A stretch of 64,000 nucleotides of DNA from Camelus dromedarius (Eukaryota): positions 17,236,001 to 17,300,000 of the forward strand of contig NC_087436.1 of the NCBI RefSeq assembly GCF_036321535.1. The letters are read 5' to 3'. The notes under the pieces were generated by a model. The model was not told the origin of the DNA and searched no databases. It saw only the letters and a list, made by a program, of their open reading frames with translations. Both the position numbers and the translations under genes were made by a program. Of this stretch, positions 37,116 through 51,050 are shown piece after piece; position 1 is the first letter of the stretch, and each line of letters opens with the position of its first letter.

Positions 37116-38929
37116 GGTTTGTTCCAGGTGGTCAATCTGATATTCTTGTTAATTCCTGCCAATTGCTGTTAATACATTTTTGTTGCTCAGAAGAGCACAT
37201 ATGGAGCTAAATAAATTTCAGCTTTCTTTTATGGCACATTATTTCCATAAGAGGAGGAAGGCTGTAAGGAGTTGAGCTCCCTCTTTCTTATTATTTTATT
37301 TAATATTTATCAAGAGCAATATCTAAGAATAAAATGAGAGCTGTTATTCTTCACAAACTTAATGAAATCAATTCTGAAAATATAAGATCAGCAGTTCCAG
37401 TCACCAGCTTTTACCTCGCAGATTAGGATGCCTAAGTCTTAGAATTCAAACGTCATCCCTCACACACTCCCTAAAACAAATAATTATGGTCCCCAAAAGA
37501 AATCAGTTAGGGTGTGAATTCTTCCCCCTTGACTGAGTATGAAATGAAGCCAGAGGAGCAAATAATTTGTTATGTAATGAAATTCTATCAAAGATCTTAT
37601 CTAGAAAAAAAATCAGTGAATTCTAAAGTTAACAATATTACTGTGGAGGAAAGATGAGGAGAGATTGTGGAGGAGAGAGAAGCAGAACAGAGAGGGAGAG
37701 AGAGACAGAAACAACCATACAGAAAGAGAGAAGGAGGGAGGCATGTTCCCCCTACACCTAAGTGAGGTCATCTGCTCACTGGGCTTGTGTCGCTAAGATT
37801 CTCCCATTCTAGAATGGGCGACAGAGAAAACATGAACAGATTAACTTCACAAAATATCTGGAAGTTCATTTTAGTCAATATTTAACTTTTCTTCTACCTA
37901 AATATTTTTTTCTGCTTCTTCTTAAGACCGTGATATACAGCATTGGAAGAACCAAGACATCTCAGTCTCCTTCCTTGCCATCCCTGGTCTGTCTCTGGGG
38001 GCGGTGCTATTGCTCAGAGAAAGGACCTCAGTGTTCCCAGAGGAACAAGAAGGGCAGACCCTACACAGCGCCACACCCTAGATTGCTATCCTCTTCAAAT
38101 GATGTTGGGTCTTTTCCCCAGTCAAAGAAATCTGACTTTTAAATTGTAAACACGGCTTTGTATGAGCAATGTACGTGCTCCACTCCTTTCCCTCACACTT
38201 CTTTTCTCCTCTCAGGTATCATTACTTGATTGCCCAAGCAAGCCAGTTTTTCCCAGACTAAAGGTCTACATTTGCTGAATGCTCTCTTGACACAACATTA
38301 GTGGGGTATTTTTTGCAAATACAACTGACTGTCCCAGTAGTGGTGGAGATAGCATGAATTCAGAAAAAAAAAAAAAGCAAAAAAAAGCATACTTGGAGGT
38401 AACGGGGAAGAGGGAACAACCGGAAGGAAGCTGGTAGCTTTCTCAATTTGCATTGCTAGTTTGTGACGCTGTTTGCGGCTGAACAGTTTCTCTCTCACAG
38501 CCACGATTCCCTTCTGCTCATCCCTGTGGTGGAAACAGTATCCCATGTGTGTGACACTGCAATCTGTCACATGGCGTGACTGTCATCCTCACACGTTCAG
38601 CATTAGCCATACCAAGTGTGAGGAAAGGAGAGCAATGTCCTCCATGCTCAGCTAAAATGTCACGGAAACTGTGAAAACACACACAGTGTTCTGTGTGCCC
38701 ATCTTCCAGCATGATGTATTCTCAGTTTTCTGCAGCCAGCAAGCCTTAATTCAAACCAAACAAAAATATCAATGGGTTGCACATGGTATACTTCTCAGCA
38801 TCATTAAACCAAGTTGAGCTAAACAACATCATCCTTACAGCATTTTCCCTGGACTAAACTAGGCTGTTCACGTTTATAGTGCCTCCAAATAACAGCATGT
38901 GAAGGCACCTGAAGGAATCAGGCCTGGCT

Positions 38930-40400
38930 ATTACTCCCATTTTTCTGGATGCTCTTTCTCAGTCTTTTGGGGGGGGGGGGTCCTTCCTCATGCCCCCCAC
39001 CTCTAATTGATGGGATGTCCCAAAGTCCTTACCTTGGGCATCTTCTCTTTGATAGTCTTTCATATTTACACCCACATCCAAGACAACCTCAACCAGACCC
39101 ATGTCTTTAGTTGTCTTCTATATACGATGATTCCCAAGTCCCTCTCACTAGCACGGACCTCTTCCTTGAAGTTTAAATCCATATAACCAGCCACCTGCTT
39201 GACATCTCTCCTTGGGTGGGGAAGAAGCAGCTTAAATTTAAAACGTCAGCTACCTCCAGCCACCAACGTCCAAACCTGCTTTCTGCTCTGAGTTCATGGC
39301 AACTTCAGTTTTTGAATTGTTCTGCCCCACAAACCTTATAGTACTCCTTAATTCCTTTCTTTTTCTTATAACCTGTTATCAAATCATCAGCAAATCCCAT
39401 TGACTTACCTTAAAATATACCAAAAACGCAGCCACTTCTACTCACAACTGCTGCTACCACTTGGTCCAACTGATGTCTCTGTTTGGATCCCCCCTACCTA
39501 GTCTGTTCTCATCACAGGAATCAGTAATCATTTCAAACATAAGTTAAATCATGTCACTCTTTCTTTTTCTTTGTTTTAATAGACTTTATTCTTTTAGAGC
39601 AGTTTCAGGTTCACAACAGAATTGAGCAGAAAATAGAGAGTTCGCACATAGCCCTCCCCACCCACACATGTATACTCCCCTACCCTCAACATCCCTCATC
39701 AGTGTGGCATATTTAGTATAATTGATGAACCAACATGGGCACATTATTATCAACCAAAGTCCATAGTTTACATCAGGGTTCGCTCTTGATGTTGTACATT
39801 TTATGGGCTTTGACAAATGCATAATGACACGTAGCCACCACTGAAGTATCATACAGAATAATTTCATTGCCCTAAAAATCCCTCGTGCTGCTCTTATGTT
39901 CAAAACCTTCCAGTCACTCCTCTGTCAAAGTGAAAATCACAGATAGTCCTAACCCCTGAGGTTATTCTCTGTCACCTCATTACATTTCTGGCTCTTCCAG
40001 ACCCACTGGCCTCCCTGATGTTTCCTAAGAACTATTCCCAGTGTTAAGACATTTGCTGTTCCTTCTGCCTGGCATGCTCATACCCCAGACGTCTGGAAGC
40101 CCGTCTCCTTTCCTTGGAGCTTTCTCCCCAGCGTCCTCTCAGAAGTCACATTCTCTGTGAGGCCTTTTCCCACCAAGCTGTTTTAATTCCACCTTGTTGC
40201 CTGAAAACTGTATATCTTCTTTCTCCTTTATATTTTTCTCTTCAGCACTTATCACTGTCTAACACACGTTATACTTAACTGTATTTCTCACTTACCTTGT
40301 TGGCTGACTGTCCTTGCCACCAGCGTGTAAGCAACGTGAAAGCAAATATTTCCGTCCCCCGTTTCTCTCTTGTTTATCCCCAGCACCTAAAACAGAACTT
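38930..40400 (+). mobile_element. L2 LINE fragment interrupted by L1MC-like 3' end
   Basis: gatgattcccaa, acctgcttgacatctctccttgg, aatcatgtcactc, tgctgttccttctgcctgg are L2 motifs. Confidence 0.75.
39575..39890 (-). mobile_element. L1MC1-like 3' UTR
   Basis: tagactttattcttttagagcagtttcaggttcaca...caaagtccatagtttacatcagggtt...tttgacaaatgcataatgaca. Confidence 0.85.
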
Positions 40401-40409
40401 AGAGTATAA

Positions 40410-40540
40410 TGAAAAGAGGCAGAAAGAATGAAGAAATACAAAAGGAAAGAAGAAAGAAAGGAGGAAAAGAGGAAAGGAAGAAAGGAAGGAAGAAAGAAAG
40501 AAAGAAACAGAAAAAGGAGAGAAAGAAAGAGACAGAGAGC
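40410..40540. repeat. GA-rich polypurine tract
   Basis: Direct reading. Confidence 0.9.
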
Positions 40541-41729
40541 AAGTTAAATATTTTTTCCTTCAGACCTTGAAGAGTAGTCTACTCTGGGGAAAGGACATTT
40601 TAATTTTCAGAGTACTTTTTTCACTTTTCCTCTTCATGAGAATATTCATGCAGTTTTTAAGTGACTTGACTACATTTTATTTTATTTGTTTCTTTGCTTC
40701 CCTCTTTCTGTTTTTTCTCTCATTTGTTTTTCATCTCCTTCTCACACCATCTCTCAAAATATCCCCTGAAAGTTGCTGGGAAATGAGGCAAGGGAGTACA
40801 GCACGGGAAATGGAGCAGGAGGAGTGAGATTAGGATGCTGTAGTACACACACACATACACACACACACACAGAGACGGATTGCTTTTTTCCACTAAGGCA
40901 GGTCTCGCTGGCAGTCATCCATAAAAGAAGTCCCAAATGTCTTGTTGCTGTATTTCTAAACCTTCCAAAAAGTCATGGTTTTAAAAAGCATATTTCTAGT
41001 AATCCCTAACGTTGAAAGCACTGAATCATTTGTTGCATGTTGAAAAGGGGGCGAGAAATGGAATCCACAAACTAATAGTGTGAGCAAAGAACCAATTCTT
41101 AACCCAACCTTGTCTATACAGGGGATCTCAAAGAATGACATGATAGATGAATTTTTAAAAGGAGTGTGGAATTTACAATACATCAATGTCAATATTTAAA
41201 GTGTAGCCCACTTTTGAGAATACAGAAAATTGATATAAAAATGGAGTAATTCAGCTTCTAACCCTTACCCCAAAAACCGAATTCTTTATTATCATCTACC
41301 TAAGTCTTATGCTTGAAGACTTATCTGGGTAAATTGCTCTAAATAAACACAATTTTTTCAAGGTTGTAGACTAGCTAGGACAATGTGAGTAAAAAACTAT
41401 TCATTAGAAAGAACATTCCTTTTCTCCCCCCAAATGTGCAGTGTATACATTGCTTAAACCATGTATCTAGCTATTGTTCACTAGTAAATTAGCTTACAAG
41501 GGACTATTATTTAACAGTGTGTGGCCATTAAACTCCCACTCTAGGACATAACTGCATAAAAGTAGTAGAGAATGCTCCAAAGTGTCCTTCTGTCAAGGTA
41601 AATATTCATTACAGATACAGACAAAAATACGCTGATGACTATTTTGAACTCTAATGGTTGGTTTATCCCAGAAATGTTTGCATTTTGCAGCCTGGAAAAG
41701 TCAAAAGATGTTGGCTTGGGATAATGTTT

Positions 41730-42155
41730 TTAACACATAAAATAATGCATAGCATTATACAGGAAACCAATTATATTGAAATAGTGTCAAAATATTAAGA
41801 AAATATTTGTGACAAATAATGTTCCTTTATTTAAACATTAAATAACAATCAAGATCTAGCAGTTGGTCTTATAATCACCATAATTTCAAAATGGTGATGA
41901 GAATAAAATTTCTAGATATCTACAATTTGTATATATATGACATTATGAAATACCTAGAAAAATCTAGGATAAAGTCATAGATACTGCTAACAATAATGTG
42001 GTTTATTGCCTACATTCATAAAAGAAGGGAGTGTTAAAATTTGAATTATAGCTGAGTAAAAACTAAAATGTACTTTTTTTGCATCTGAATTTGCAATTCC
42101 CCTTGGATTCTCTAACATCTCTTTAGGGTGAGTGGTCCCTTTGTAAGAGTGCATG
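41730..42155. mobile_element. hAT-Charlie DNA transposon remnant (MER119-like)
   Basis: ggaaaccaattatattgaaata...aagatctagc...ccataatttc...tgtggtttattgcctacattcata matches the recalled consensus. Confidence 0.65.
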
Positions 42156-42180
42156 ATTTAGCGCCTCTCCTGAGGGTTTT

Positions 42181-42292
42181 TGCTGCTGCTGCTGCTGCTG
42201 TTGTTGTTGTTGTTTTAATAGTTGATTTATGATGTTTTGTTAGTTTTTAGTGTACAGCAAAGTGATTTAGTTATACGGATGCATATATATTC
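42181..42292 (-). mobile_element. Very short L1 3' end whose tail has become (TGC)n(TGT)n
   Basis: atagttgatttatgatgttttgttagtttttagtgtacagcaaagtgatt is the L1 terminus reverse complement. Confidence 0.75.
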
Positions 42293-45200
42293 TTCTAAGG
42301 GATTTTAATGCACCAAAATGGTGTTTTTTGAGACTGTCAAATGACACTTATGTTTTTCTTTTCCTCTTTGAGAATTGATGTTTGGATTAAAAAAAAAAAA
42401 ATATATATATATATCCTTTTTGTATATATTAACTGTCATCTCTAGCTGTGATAGATATTCGCTTAACCCAGGACAGCACATCCGTAAATATATTTGTGTT
42501 TCTTTCCTTGTTTCCCCCCATATTGTCACTAAAAATGTCAGTCTCCTGTGCATCCTCCAAATTAGTTAGCAGAGAGCATTTGCTTAAATGAAATTCTCAT
42601 TTGTGATGCTTAATCAAAGGGGGATGTTTTCCCCCAGCCTTTTCCAACTTGACTCAAGAAATAGCTGAAAGTATTTTCAATGAGACTCATTAGGTGGTTC
42701 TGATTAGTAGCGGGCTGCTTGTTTGGGGTGATTGATGCTCACTTCTGGAGTACCAGGAAAGGGCGCTTTGCCAAATTTAGAAGTCATCCCACCCTTATGT
42801 GGTCTGTAGTTTTGAACAGAAATAAATGAGGCTCTGGGTATTTAAATGTATTTGCTCTTGGCAAAATACATCTCAAAAGGCTTCCTGGAGATCCAATAAT
42901 TCTTGAAAATTAAACAAGATGACTTCAATATCTCAAATTGTATTAGAACTTTCAGAGCGTTTTTGCTTTCAATGAAGACAAACTACGTATGGGCTTAAAG
43001 CAAACCTGGGATGTGTACTTGCTATGTTGAGATCTTTGGGACCCAATACAGATTCTATATCATTAACACAGGCTTTATTTGGAATCCAAAGACATGCCCT
43101 AGAATTAGAAGCCTAGTGTATCATCTTAGTTTTACCTCTGATAGTCTGCAGGGCTTGACAATTATGTGTCCTATGTCTCTATGATTATAAACTGTACCTA
43201 ACAAGATCTGATGCTAACACAATTTTCCTTGGGCCGCTCATGGGGAAATAAGAAAGGAGAGGGTTTTCAGCACATACATCAGGGAAAGATGAAAGTTGAT
43301 ATTAAATGAATATTTTATAACAATTAATTTTAAGTCATTCATGTCCTGAACACCAAGTGTATACAAATTACTAACTGATACTTTGGGATATAACTTAAAT
43401 AAGTGACAGATATCTTTCCAATTTATCCACTTAGGATTGTGTCCGTTTAAATGTTTAATGCTTATAGTCTTCCTCATTCATTCAACAAATGCCTATGGAG
43501 CACCTCTACCGTCATGGGAATCATGCCAGGTAGACCAAACATGAAAATGGGTAAGTCATGGGCCCTTCCTTCAATACGCTCACACTGTAGGGAGGAGGTA
43601 ATGATTAAATATTCTTTAAGAACACTTGCTCTTTCTGTTTTAATGTAGCTGCCTTCCATCTCTAGATATTATATCCCTGTGTTTTCTTTCTCTCCCTTGG
43701 AATACAGAAGATGATTAAAGATATCTTTACCATCCTAGATGGTTTATTTCAAAAGCTAATATTAAAAAATTAAGGCTTAGACACTTGTTTCTCATTTTTA
43801 TAGAATCTGAGTATCAGTGTGAGTCAGAGACTAAAAGAAAAATTATTCGGTTAGAACCCTCTGATATGAAAAAGTCTTTTCTCAGTTTATTAGCATTTTC
43901 CCACTCTAGTCACTGGTAACTTCTACATTCTGAGGGAGGAAACCATCAAAAAAGGAAAAGAGCTGAAATTTTAATAAATTCAGTTCTTACAAGGGATTGG
44001 ACAATGAGGGCAAAAACCTTGAGATGAATACCGTACTGTTGAGGGTCGGATAACTGCTGCTTTATTTAGCCATGCTTTGCTTTGAGTTATTTCTTATCAA
44101 GAGAGTTAATTAACAATTGCAGCATTTAATTCAGCCTTAAAAGAGAGTTACTAGCCCACTCATCCAAGAAAGACCAACAAACTGTTCCTTACTGTGCATG
44201 AATTCTTGTTTATACCACACAATGAAACTCTCATTCTCTCACAGACTAACACTGTGAAAGGAATTATGGGTGAAAGTGATTTGGGAAATAACTTAGAATG
44301 GATCCCAGCCATATAGACCAAAAAAAGAAAAAAAAAAAAGGGAAAGAGAGAAAGAAGACTAGGTCATGAGAAAGACATGATGGGAATGAGACAGGAAACT
44401 GGAAGGCATGAGAAGGGGAGAAAAGGATGGTGAAAAACAAAAACAAAACCAAAAAACAACTGCTACTAAAGTTGTCAAAATGCCTGGAATTATGTAGTAA
44501 AAAAATGATGAAGTTTGAAAAAAAATCAATTTGGGAGTCTATTGACTCTTGCAGACTTAAAATTTTATAGGACTGGAAGAAATTCAGGTCATCAAGGTTC
44601 AAGAGAAATGAGTTTCTACTGCCTTTTTTTATGCAAAAAGTATTTGAGGAAACCATTTTTTAAACTAGATAATAGAAAAATTAGCAGTCTCAGTGCTTTT
44701 AAAATGAAAGACAATTGGGAGGCTGAGAAAGTGGGGGGAAAACAGAACTCATGTCTCAGTAGCTTTTGAAAGTTGAATTGTTTCCCGGGAAGAGTCCAAA
44801 TGAAGTTCACTTCCAACTTCATTATGAAAAAAAGAGTAGGTTTTCTTGGTTTTGAGAAGGCTCTGAAAATACTGTGTGCTTTAAAATGACCTCAGTTTCA
44901 CTTACTATTGGGCCACTATAGAAAAGTGATTAATTTGCTATAAGTGCGTGGGTCTTAATTTTTACGTTATAGGGCTGCAAATTCCATTTTTCAAATCAAC
45001 TATGAAAATATACATGACATGTTTTATATCTGCACAACCTACATTTCAGTTTTACTCCATTGTTTTCCGACACCTCGTTCACTTCTATACCTTCCTATAA
45101 TTTTTAGAATTAAAAAAGTATCTTCTAAACACACACAAAGTTTTCTGTCAAAGGGAGTCTCAAATCCAAAGAGAAAGAAAATATGACGGACAGTATATTA

Positions 45201-47294
45201 AAAATTAACTTAGATCCACTAGCAAATTTCCATTAATTCTTCAGTGTCATGTCATTTGCCTTTTCATCAGCCCTTCTGGATGCTGGCCCTGTACAATGGC
45301 CCTTCTTTTGAGAGTGTATCAGTCACCTACAATGTTTTGTTCTCATTTTATGTATTTTGTAGTGAATATTTGTAAATGGATTAAGTGCATTGGAGTTTAT
45401 CAGCTGGGAGAGGGAGTTTTAATTTACTTCTCCCAGAAAAGAAATGCAACTGGGACTGGTCTTCTGTGTGATTCAGGAACACTTACTGATGTCATAGTCT
45501 GGGATTCTATGCCGGAATGAAACAGATGATCTAGGAGCCAGTTTTATCAGAGCATTGTCTTCCAGAGGTCTGCCAACAAACTCACCTTGCCCTCCTGGAG
45601 AGTCCCTTCTCTAAAGGAAAGGCACCAGAATTAAGTCAAGTTGGTACCCCATCAATCTCAAGGATTTGGGAGGTTATGAGAACGTTTGCTGCTTCAGGTA
45701 AAGTTGCCAAGAATTTTGGGTGCTTACTTTTGATCCTTCCAGATATATTAGGCTTAAATCCACAATATGCTTTTTATGGATTTGAACATTAAGACCAAAA
45801 GCTTATTTAAGGGGGTAGGTTTCCGGCTAAAGTGTAATTTCTAAGCCAATCCACTCATTAGCCGAGCCCAAGGAAGTTAGCGGTTCATCATGTCTGACTT
45901 GAACATTTTTACATAATCCCCGGAGTGAGTCTTTTCACTTTAGGCTCGACATTAAAGCTCAAACAAGCATCAACTGATACAAATTTTAAACTTAATTCTA
46001 CTTAGAGAATGTTCTTGTGTGCAGTGGGCAAGAAACATGGGACAGTTACCCCACTCCCTGCTTGCTGTCTTCACCGAGGGAAACTTTCATCTGACACAAA
46101 GAATTGTCTGCTTCTTTTCAAAGTCAGTTTCCCTCAGTGTCTTTCCCACCCTCATGTTTATAGTTACATCTGGTTCATTAAGACATGGACTCAGTAGAGG
46201 ATGCGCTGTTTTTCGCAGGGGGAAGGAGGCCCTGTGAGATGTGTAAACGCTGTTTCCTCTCTTTGGTCCCCCCCAGCCCCCGCCCTTGTGGTGAGGCTCT
46301 GATGGTTAACACCTCATTTGCAGTACTCACTTTCTCCACCCATAATTTGGCCTCCATCCCTTTAAGTCATAACTCCTAAGATGAAAACTAAAATAGTATC
46401 TGTGGAATTCTGATCCATGAAAGGCAGCCTTATATAGAGTATGCACACTGGGGATGCGGGCAAGCATTTTAGACGATGCCTATGTTTGGGTTAATATCAA
46501 ACACAGTTTCCCAGTGGAATAGGAACACCCATGAGCCATCTTGCAACTCAGCAACTGTTGGGCCACAGTTGCTCAGCAATGCACACATGTATCAGGCTGA
46601 TTATTTGATGATTGTGGGAGGGAGCAGAGGCACGGCTTCAAAGTCTGAGCTCGGAGGAAGTTTCAGCTGGCTTGAGGGCTTTCTCCACCAGCCGGTCCTG
46701 AGACAGATGATGGAGAGAAACACTGAGACAGAGGGAGACAGGGAGATCCCCTCCCCCTCAACTGTGGGCAGCTAGGAACTAGGCGTCGCCAACTGCCTAT
46801 CATTCGTCACGTTCTGAGCCCTTGTGGCTGTGAGGACAGATGTCCGCAATTTTCAGCTCTTAGAAACATACACCCTGGAGGAGGGCAGGCCTAAGGTAAT
46901 ATTATTTTTATTCCCGCCTTAGCTGTCCTGTGGCCTAGGCTGAACGCAATCCAAGACGTGCAAGTGCATCACGTTTATAACACAGCTGTGCACAAGACGG
47001 GGCCAAGGCTTCACACGTTCCAGCTCTGGCCTCTCTCTGTGGAGGTCTCTTCTCATGTTCTCATATCCTCACCTCCGGTACCGCCCCTACTCCCCAGAGC
47101 CATCTCCACAGCAGCAGGACCACGTCTTCCCCCATGGAAAGTTCTGGCACCTTTTGTCCTGTGGATGAACGTTGCAGACACCATGGCTTTCCTGTTTTGC
47201 TCAGAGCTGTGGAGATATCTGGTAACATCACTTTCTTGGATTGTATTGGACGTGAGGGTGGACCCTCTGCTGGACACGTTACCCAAAATAGACT

Positions 47295-47342
47295 CCTTTT
47301 TATAGACAAGAGAGCTGGAGAGTATTTAAACTGTGCTCCAAT
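47295..47342 (-). promoter_or_regulatory. Candidate TATA box (TATAAAAAGG) with upstream inverted CCAAT
   Basis: Plus-strand cctttttata at 47295-47304 and ccaat at 47338-47342; motif only. Confidence 0.3.
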
Positions 47343-49654
47343 AAATGTATAGCAAGACTTTGGCTTTAAATCAAGGACAGCGGGATGGAGGTATTGGAGG
47401 GGGGGTGTTGGAAGGAGGTTAAGGTTCCCTCAGCCTTTATAATACAGACCAGACTTGAATCCACACGGCGCTGTAGCAGCAGCCATGGTGGTTTTGTTGT
47501 GCTCTCCAGCCGTTTCTGAGTTTCACAGGAAGAAGTATTTCTTTGCGAGTTGGGGGCTTCCTCTTTTCTGAATCTTGGGGCCTGGATTGCTTATCAAATC
47601 ATTGAAGAAATGGAAATGTTTAGATTTGGCTCAGTTCTCATCAGAGTTGAAGCCATCCAAAAGCTGAAAAAGCCTCCTTGCTCTTCCCAGATGGGCTTGT
47701 TTTAGGAAGAGCTGGGGACTTTCAGAGAAGGACGAGCAAAAGGTGACATGGATCAATGAGTTGCTTCTCGTTGGGCCTCCCTGTCCCTAGATCCTAAGTT
47801 TCCATCACCAAAAAAACCAGTCTTTTATTAAGTCAAATCTTTTCAGAAATATTCTCCTTGTGGTCCTATTTTATGTCTTGGGTAACAGATAACAAGTCCA
47901 ATCTCTTTGTCTCTCTCTTTTGTGTCCTGATATTTAAATAGGTACAGAGGCCATAGGGACACTTCAACAAAGTTTACGGAGATTCTGTACAAAAATAAGA
48001 AAAGAAAGGTAAGATGTCTCTATACAGTTGGGAGGTGTGGTTTGCACAGTTTCCAAACAACCCAATTCAAAGAATAGCATGTTCTAAATCAGGGTAGTAA
48101 ATTCTGGGTTAGCCAAAGATCAAAACACTGATGGAGTCATGATACCACAGGACTTTCTATCATGAGACCATTCATCTTCCGGTCTTTTGAGTCCCTTCTC
48201 ATCCATTCCTTGCTCCTCCCTCAGGGACCAGGAGAGAGGGAAGAGTGGGCCCAGAGAGGGAGGTAGAGTCGTGGGAAAAAGCAAATTCCACAGAGCCAGA
48301 AGAAAGGAAGTGCCGACGGTGGGACCGGGAGTGTGGAGAATCCAATAGTGAGGACTATGGAATCATGAGCCCCTAATAAGATTTTTTTGGGTTGGAAAGA
48401 AAATTGCAGTATAAGGGATTTTATAGAAATCGTTAATAGAAGGCTGAAAAATAAAAGTCAGACAGGGGAGAGGAGTTTGACAAAGAATTGGGGGGCAAGA
48501 GAGGCTTCCAGGCTGTCTCTGCTCACTCAGCTCCACAGCGCCCTGCGAGGTTGGTAAGTGTGCTCCTGTTTGAACAGGAAAGGTTTTCCTGCATCAGTGC
48601 ACTCTTCTTCCTAGCCCCAACTCAATCTCTGGGAAAAAAAAATCAAAATCACGCTTGGTCATTCTTTTAGTTACTGCAAAAGGTCTGTCTGTTCAATGAG
48701 CTGATTAAGGTCATTCCAAAGTTATCAAACCTGGTCTGAAGTTTCCTGGTGAAGAAACAAGGCCCTGTGACTTTAGGTGTACCATTAAGGAGAAATGAAG
48801 ACATGGTCATAAAAGTGGTTCAAAATCCAATTTGAGTCCTTTCAAGGCCCTCAGGGTTTAGCAAGATATCGGAGCCTTACAAAGTGCAAAAATCAACTCT
48901 TTTTCCCCCCTTCTCACTTAAGCCAGAACGGTGGCTACTCTGAAAGCTAAAATAATTGTTTGCTAAGAATTTTTTTTTTTAACCAAGAAATCAAGGCAAA
49001 CTGAAATCACAGTTCTGTGTATAAGGAACAGAATCCCTCTGTAAAGTGATGCTGGCTTTACATGTTGTGTACGCCAAATATTTCGGTAACTGCATTCACT
49101 GTATCCTGGTTAGATAGGCTGCTATTTGCTAACGTATACCAATATTAAGTTGGAATATTTTAACTGAAACTGTGAAAACTTGCAAATGTCCTGGCAGGTA
49201 AGCGCACTTCTTTTTCTCTTCATTAAGGAAGCATTTGAAAAGGGAGAGATAACTCTGATGCTGGCCACACTAAGAAGTAGGAGCTCAACGTCTGACGACA
49301 CCTGCAGTGACATTGCCCTGGTCAGTATACCTCTGAAAGCGCCAAATTTGAATGTGATGACTCTGGAGAGCAAAGTCAAGAGGTATGGGCATCTGTTTAC
49401 CTTTTTGGCAAGCAAATCACTGCAGTTCTGTTTATGTTTTACAAGCTCTGCCAAATTTCCTCTGATACAACAATCACCCTCAGTAACATGTGGAAGAAGA
49501 GGTGTGAAAATGAATGGTACAAAAGGACTCCCCTTTGACCTCGGAAAATGAAATGGCTGCAGACCACATTCAGGAGGCCCATAATTTATTCCTGCCTGTA
49601 AGCACAGTCATTCTCAACGATTTTTTTTAGGCATCTGGTAAAGAGTATTGGATA

Positions 49655-49890
49655 GACTGGGAGTATGAGATTTGCAGATACTGACAGTATATATAGAATA
49701 GATAAACAAGTTTATACTACATAGCACAGCGAAATACATTCAAGATCTTGTAGTAGCTTGCAGTGAAAAAGAATATGAAAATGAATATATGTATATTCAT
49801 GTATGACTGAAGCAGTGTGCTGTACACCAGAAATTGACACAACATTGTAAACTGATTATAACGCAAAAAAACCCAATAAACTGCTATTAA
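49655..49890 (+). mobile_element. L1 3' UTR fragment
   Basis: gagatttgcagatactg...atagcacagcgaaatacattcaagatcttg...caacattgtaaactga; imperfect TSD agtattg(g/a)ata. Confidence 0.88.
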
Positions 49891-50027
49891 AAAAAAGTAT
49901 TGAATATCTGAAACATGAGTCAGAAAGGAATTGGGTACAGGGTGGAGGAGGCTACAGGAGAAGAATCCTAAGGGTTAATGAGACAGATAAGATTAGTTCT
50001 TGCCCTGCAGGCTAAGGGTAGAGCATC

Positions 50028-50446
50028 TGTATTAGTTTGCTAGAGCTGCCATAACAAAATATCATGGGCTGAGTGGATTAAACAACAAAAGATCATTTTC
50101 TCTCAGTTCTGGAGGCTGCAAGTCCATGATGGAGTGTTGCAGGTCGAGTTTCTTTGGAGTCCTTTTTCCTTGGCTTATAGATGGCCATCTTCTCACTCTG
50201 TCCTCACAAGATCTACATGAACTTTGCTCTGTTTGTGACCACACTTCTGGCATCTCTCTGGTTGCCCAAATTGCCTCTTCTTATGAAGACACCCATCAGA
50301 TTGGATTAGAGTCCACTCTAATGGTCTCATTTTAACTTAATCACCTCTTCAGGACTTTATCTCCCAATACTTAACATTCTGAGAAACCAAAGGTTAGAAC
50401 ATCATCATATGAATTGACAGTGGGAACACAATTTAACCCATTATAA
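50028..50446 (-). mobile_element. MaLR solo LTR (MLT1B-like)
   Basis: tgtattagtttgctagagctgccataacaaa...ctcagttctggaggctgcaagtcc...ttggattagagtccac...acacaatttaacccat. Confidence 0.85.
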
Positions 50447-50789
50447 AGACATGAACAGATAAACAGAAAAGTGCAACAAAATATTAGTGACACAATAATA
50501 GAAGGCTGAATGGGGGATGGAAAAAATATCCATTCTACCCAGAGCCCTCAGAAAAGGAAGTGAATCATAAATCAATTCATGATGTTTCAACAAAAGATGG
50601 GTAGTGTATGGAGTTGAGGAGAAGGAGGGACATTTGGGGAAAGCATTCTAAGCACAAGAGGATGTATAAATACAGGAAAGGAGTATGAATCTGGCTTTTA
50701 TGGAAGAAGGTCAATCCAAGGGGGTAAGAGACAAATTTGAATGATAAGCAAGTCTCAGATTATCCCAAGCCTTATAATCAGACAGTATT

Positions 50790-51050
50790 GTCTTACAGTC
50801 ACGACAGCACATTCTGGACTTAGACCTGTGTCCAAACTGTGACTCTTCCACTTCCAAGTATTACCTTGTTTAAGTTTCCTAATGTTTTTTTCCTTCCATT
50901 TTTTTATCTGTAACATAGTATCTCTATGGAATGATCAATCAATCAATCAATCAATCAATCAATTGTCCCTGAGACTGTACAAGGATTCCTTGAGCTTAGC
51001 TCAGTGTTTGGCACATAGCAGCTATTGAAGACCCATTATTAACTACCATT
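50790..51050 (+). mobile_element. MIR SINE carrying a (TCAA)n repeat at about 50934-50962
   Basis: ttctggacttagacctgtgtccaaac...cagtgtttggcacatagc. Confidence 0.6.

Noticed and set aside
49122..49551. Opposing 110-aa and 123-aa ORFs
   Set aside because: Non-ATG starts, no recognisable homology, and lengths within chance expectation.
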